The position numbers and the translations under genes were made by a program. 64,000 nucleotides of DNA, from positions 179,395 through 243,394 of the forward strand of contig CDMY01000878.1 in assembly GCA_001179505.1 (NCBI GenBank), written 5' to 3'. Positions within the stretch are counted from its first letter, which is position 1. Each line of letters opens with the position of its first letter. This DNA is from Vitrella brassicaformis CCMP3155. Its lineage: Eukaryota; Protista; Chromerida. Below are positions 61,498 through 64,000 of this stretch, piece after piece. The notes under the pieces are model-generated. The model was not told the origin of the DNA and did not search any database. It saw only the letters and a program-made list of their open reading frames with translations.

Positions 61498-62184
61498 TGG
61501 ATACGCCGGGTGGATGGATGGATGAGGGGATGTAACCGGGTGTGGGCTAATTCATACGCTGTGTACGTAGCTAGCTTAAGCTTACGTGTACCGTACCCCT
61601 ATCTATATGTGTACGTGTGTGCCTTTCTTCCTTCCCTTACTTATACGTCTTACACGTCACTCACGTCACTTAAGTGCCTTTATGCGTCTGTCTCCCTCCT
61701 GCAATATATGTCATGTCTATGTCTGTCTACGTGAATGTCTGTTACGTAATGTTATGTTACGTGTGTATGCGGCTTTAAGTGGCGTTTTTTCCGTACTCCA
61801 TACTACAGTAAGTAAAGTACTTTAGTGCGCGTGCCGTCCTTTGGTAAGGATCAACGCACACATTAACTAACTGACTGGCTGACTGTGCGTACGTCTGTCT
61901 GTGTGTGTTGGTGCTGTATTGGTGAGGCAGGGACTGAGGGGGCGAGTGAGTGTGTCGGTTTTGGGTGTTTTTGCGATGGATGCAAACAACCGACCAACGA
62001 ACGAACGAACGAACGAACGAACACGTGTGTGAGTGAGTGAGCCAGGGCGTCAAGATCTATTGGTCGGCCATGGCTCGTCGTGCAGATGGATGTGGTGCGA
62101 GGCTTTGTGAAACGGATGGAGGGATGGCTGCATACATGGCTGGCTCCAGAATGGATGATAGTCTGTATGTAGAATGTGTGTGTC

Positions 62185-62220
<36 letters not shown>

Positions 62221-62598
62221 TGAAAGAGAGAGAGAGAGCTTTGTGTGAGGGATGCGGGTATGGCGTGAGCCAGCCAGTCGACTGCATTGGTCAATGAGTG
62301 AGTCCTCAACCTTGCTGCTGCCTGCCTTACTGCCTGCCTGCCGTGCGTGTGTGTGTGTGTGTGTGTATGGCTGATGGCATGTCTGTGTGAACACACTGAG
62401 AGATACACTCAGTGACCCACGTGAGGGGAGGGGAGTTTTGTAAAGCGACGGAATCTGCCAACCCAATGTGGTTTTTGTCAGCGGAGGGACGCGTGTACGC
62501 AGACACGACGGTGTCTGAATAACGTCCGTCGCTCCGTTGAGAAGACGTACCTACCTGCCGTAGAACCCTGCTAACTCCCCCCCCTCCCCTCCCCTCCC

Positions 62599-62898
62599 NN
62601 NNNNNNNNNNNNNNNNNNNNNNNNNNNNNNNNNNNNNNNNNNNNNNNNNNNNNNNNNNNNNNNNNNNNNNNNNNNNNNNNNNNNNNNNNNNNNNNNNNNN
62701 NNNNNNNNNNNNNNNNNNNNNNNNNNNNNNNNNNNNNNNNNNNNNNNNNNNNNNNNNNNNNNNNNNNNNNNNNNNNNNNNNNNNNNNNNNNNNNNNNNNN
62801 NNNNNNNNNNNNNNNNNNNNNNNNNNNNNNNNNNNNNNNNNNNNNNNNNNNNNNNNNNNNNNNNNNNNNNNNNNNNNNNNNNNNNNNNNNNNNNNNNN
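62599..62898. other. Assembly gap (300 N)
   Basis: Run of N flanked by CCCCT and GTCT repeats. Confidence 1.
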
Positions 62899-63469
62899 TC
62901 TCTTTTGCCTTGTCGGTCGTCACTCTTACAGCGTAGTGACCTTCTGTCTGTCTGTCTGTCCGTCCGTCTGTCTGTCTGTCTGTCTTTGTGTCTCACTGAC
63001 CGTCTGTGAGTGGCTGAGTCCATACGTCTGTGTGTGTCTGCCTGTCTGTCTGTCTGTCTGTGAGTGCGCGGCCTTTTTCCGAGCCTTTTGACCAGCAGCC
63101 AGACTGATTGAAGTGGGGAGATTGAATGAGTGAGTGCACTGCAATGGGGGATGGATCGAGGGCATGGACTGGGGCGCTTGTATGGTATGGATGAGACAGA
63201 GACAGAGACAGCTGGAGGGATCGAATCAATCAAGACGTGCATGAGAAAAGTGACGTGGCATTGTCAATCCGTCCCGATGACATTGCGGCGACAGAAAAAA
63301 GGATGGCGCCTATCGCGCACACATAGACACATCGCATGTCGCGGTCACAGGTTGTGTCCCTGACATCAAATATAAAACGCAGGCAGCGATCGGACAAAAG
63401 CCCGACAGACACACACGGATGGATGGATGGATGGAATGATGCCCCAATACCATGTGCTCCCTGCGTGCA

Positions 63470-64000
63470 GGAGATCAAGAACGACTGGGCGGTGCTGATG
63501 GAGGAGTACTTCACTCGTGCCAAGAGGCTGGAGTGGGTGGTGTGTCTGATCGAGTCGACCAGGGGGCCCGAGGAGCTCGACGAGCGGCTGTGGGACATGC
63601 TGCAAGAAAAGGGCAGACGACTCATGGTCAGTCAGTAGGGCGGGGAGGGAGGGCGGGAGGGAGGACCAGCACGAAAGACAGACAGACAGACAGACAGGTA
63701 TTGTGTCCCACGTCCTCTGTTTGCTGTGGTGTCTGTGTTGGTCTGTCATCCTTCAGCTGGTGCTCACAAAGGTCGACCTGCTCAAGGTGAGTAGTGACAA
63801 CAGCACCAACACAACGGACACAAACAGACAAGGGGATATTCAGTCTCTGTGTGTTGTGTGTTGTGTGTTGGTTTGGGTGTGTGCAGCCGATGGATCTGCA
63901 CAGCCTGATGATGCGCGTGGTGGTGGCGCTGCAGCAGCTGCCGCCCGAGTTGGTCTGGCCGTTCGTCCACGCCGTCTCAGCCAGGGAGCACCTCGGTGTG
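63470..64000 (+). CDS. engB: EngB/YihA (YsxC) family GTPase, partial (C-terminal half; runs off the window)
   Basis: W..LMEEYFTR...VVCLIESTRG.EELDERLWDML, G4 motif LVLTKVDLL and G5-like VSA. G1 and G3 motifs are not visible and may lie in or near the gap. Confidence 0.75.

Noticed and set aside
1-64000. tRNA/rRNA/snRNA genes, transposase or reverse-transcriptase ORFs
   Set aside because: No T-loop/anticodon cloverleaf, rRNA signature, DDE or YxDD motifs were seen by eye; tRNAscan, Infernal or RepeatMasker would be decisive.

Overview
Gene-dense, GC-rich eukaryotic DNA with many short GT-AG introns full of microsatellites (TG/CA, GTCT/GACA, GATG, GCAG). This composition, the alveolate/algal-type gene content and the lineage-expanded ankyrin and F-box-like families suggest a chromerid, most likely Vitrella brassicaformis; this is an inference, with no database search run. 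Gene models were spliced by eye, so boundaries are approximate unless stated. Recognisable genes: WS/DGAT, bifunctional TH2 (TenA + HAD), RNA polymerase I/III subunit AC19, BBS5, GDT1/TMEM165, EndoU, a canonical vacuolar sorting receptor (VSR), a partial EngB/YihA GTPase, a kinase-like protein, an SDS22-type LRR giant protein and two family ankyrin proteins. A 31-41 kb island holds rapidly evolving F-box-like and ankyrin genes, some disrupted. The most striking candidate is 12283-16688 (-): a VSR-like luminal region and TM helix that appear to splice in frame to a large cytosolic degenerate EF-hand-like domain, i.e. a putative receptor of unusual architecture. Also notable are extremely compact head-to-head gene pairs (11-84 bp between ATGs), two of them with dyad elements in the gap, a C-terminal PIP box on an F-box-like protein, and a small secreted Cys-rich protein. 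No tRNA, rRNA, CRISPR or intact transposon was seen. There is a 300-N assembly gap at 62599-62898.
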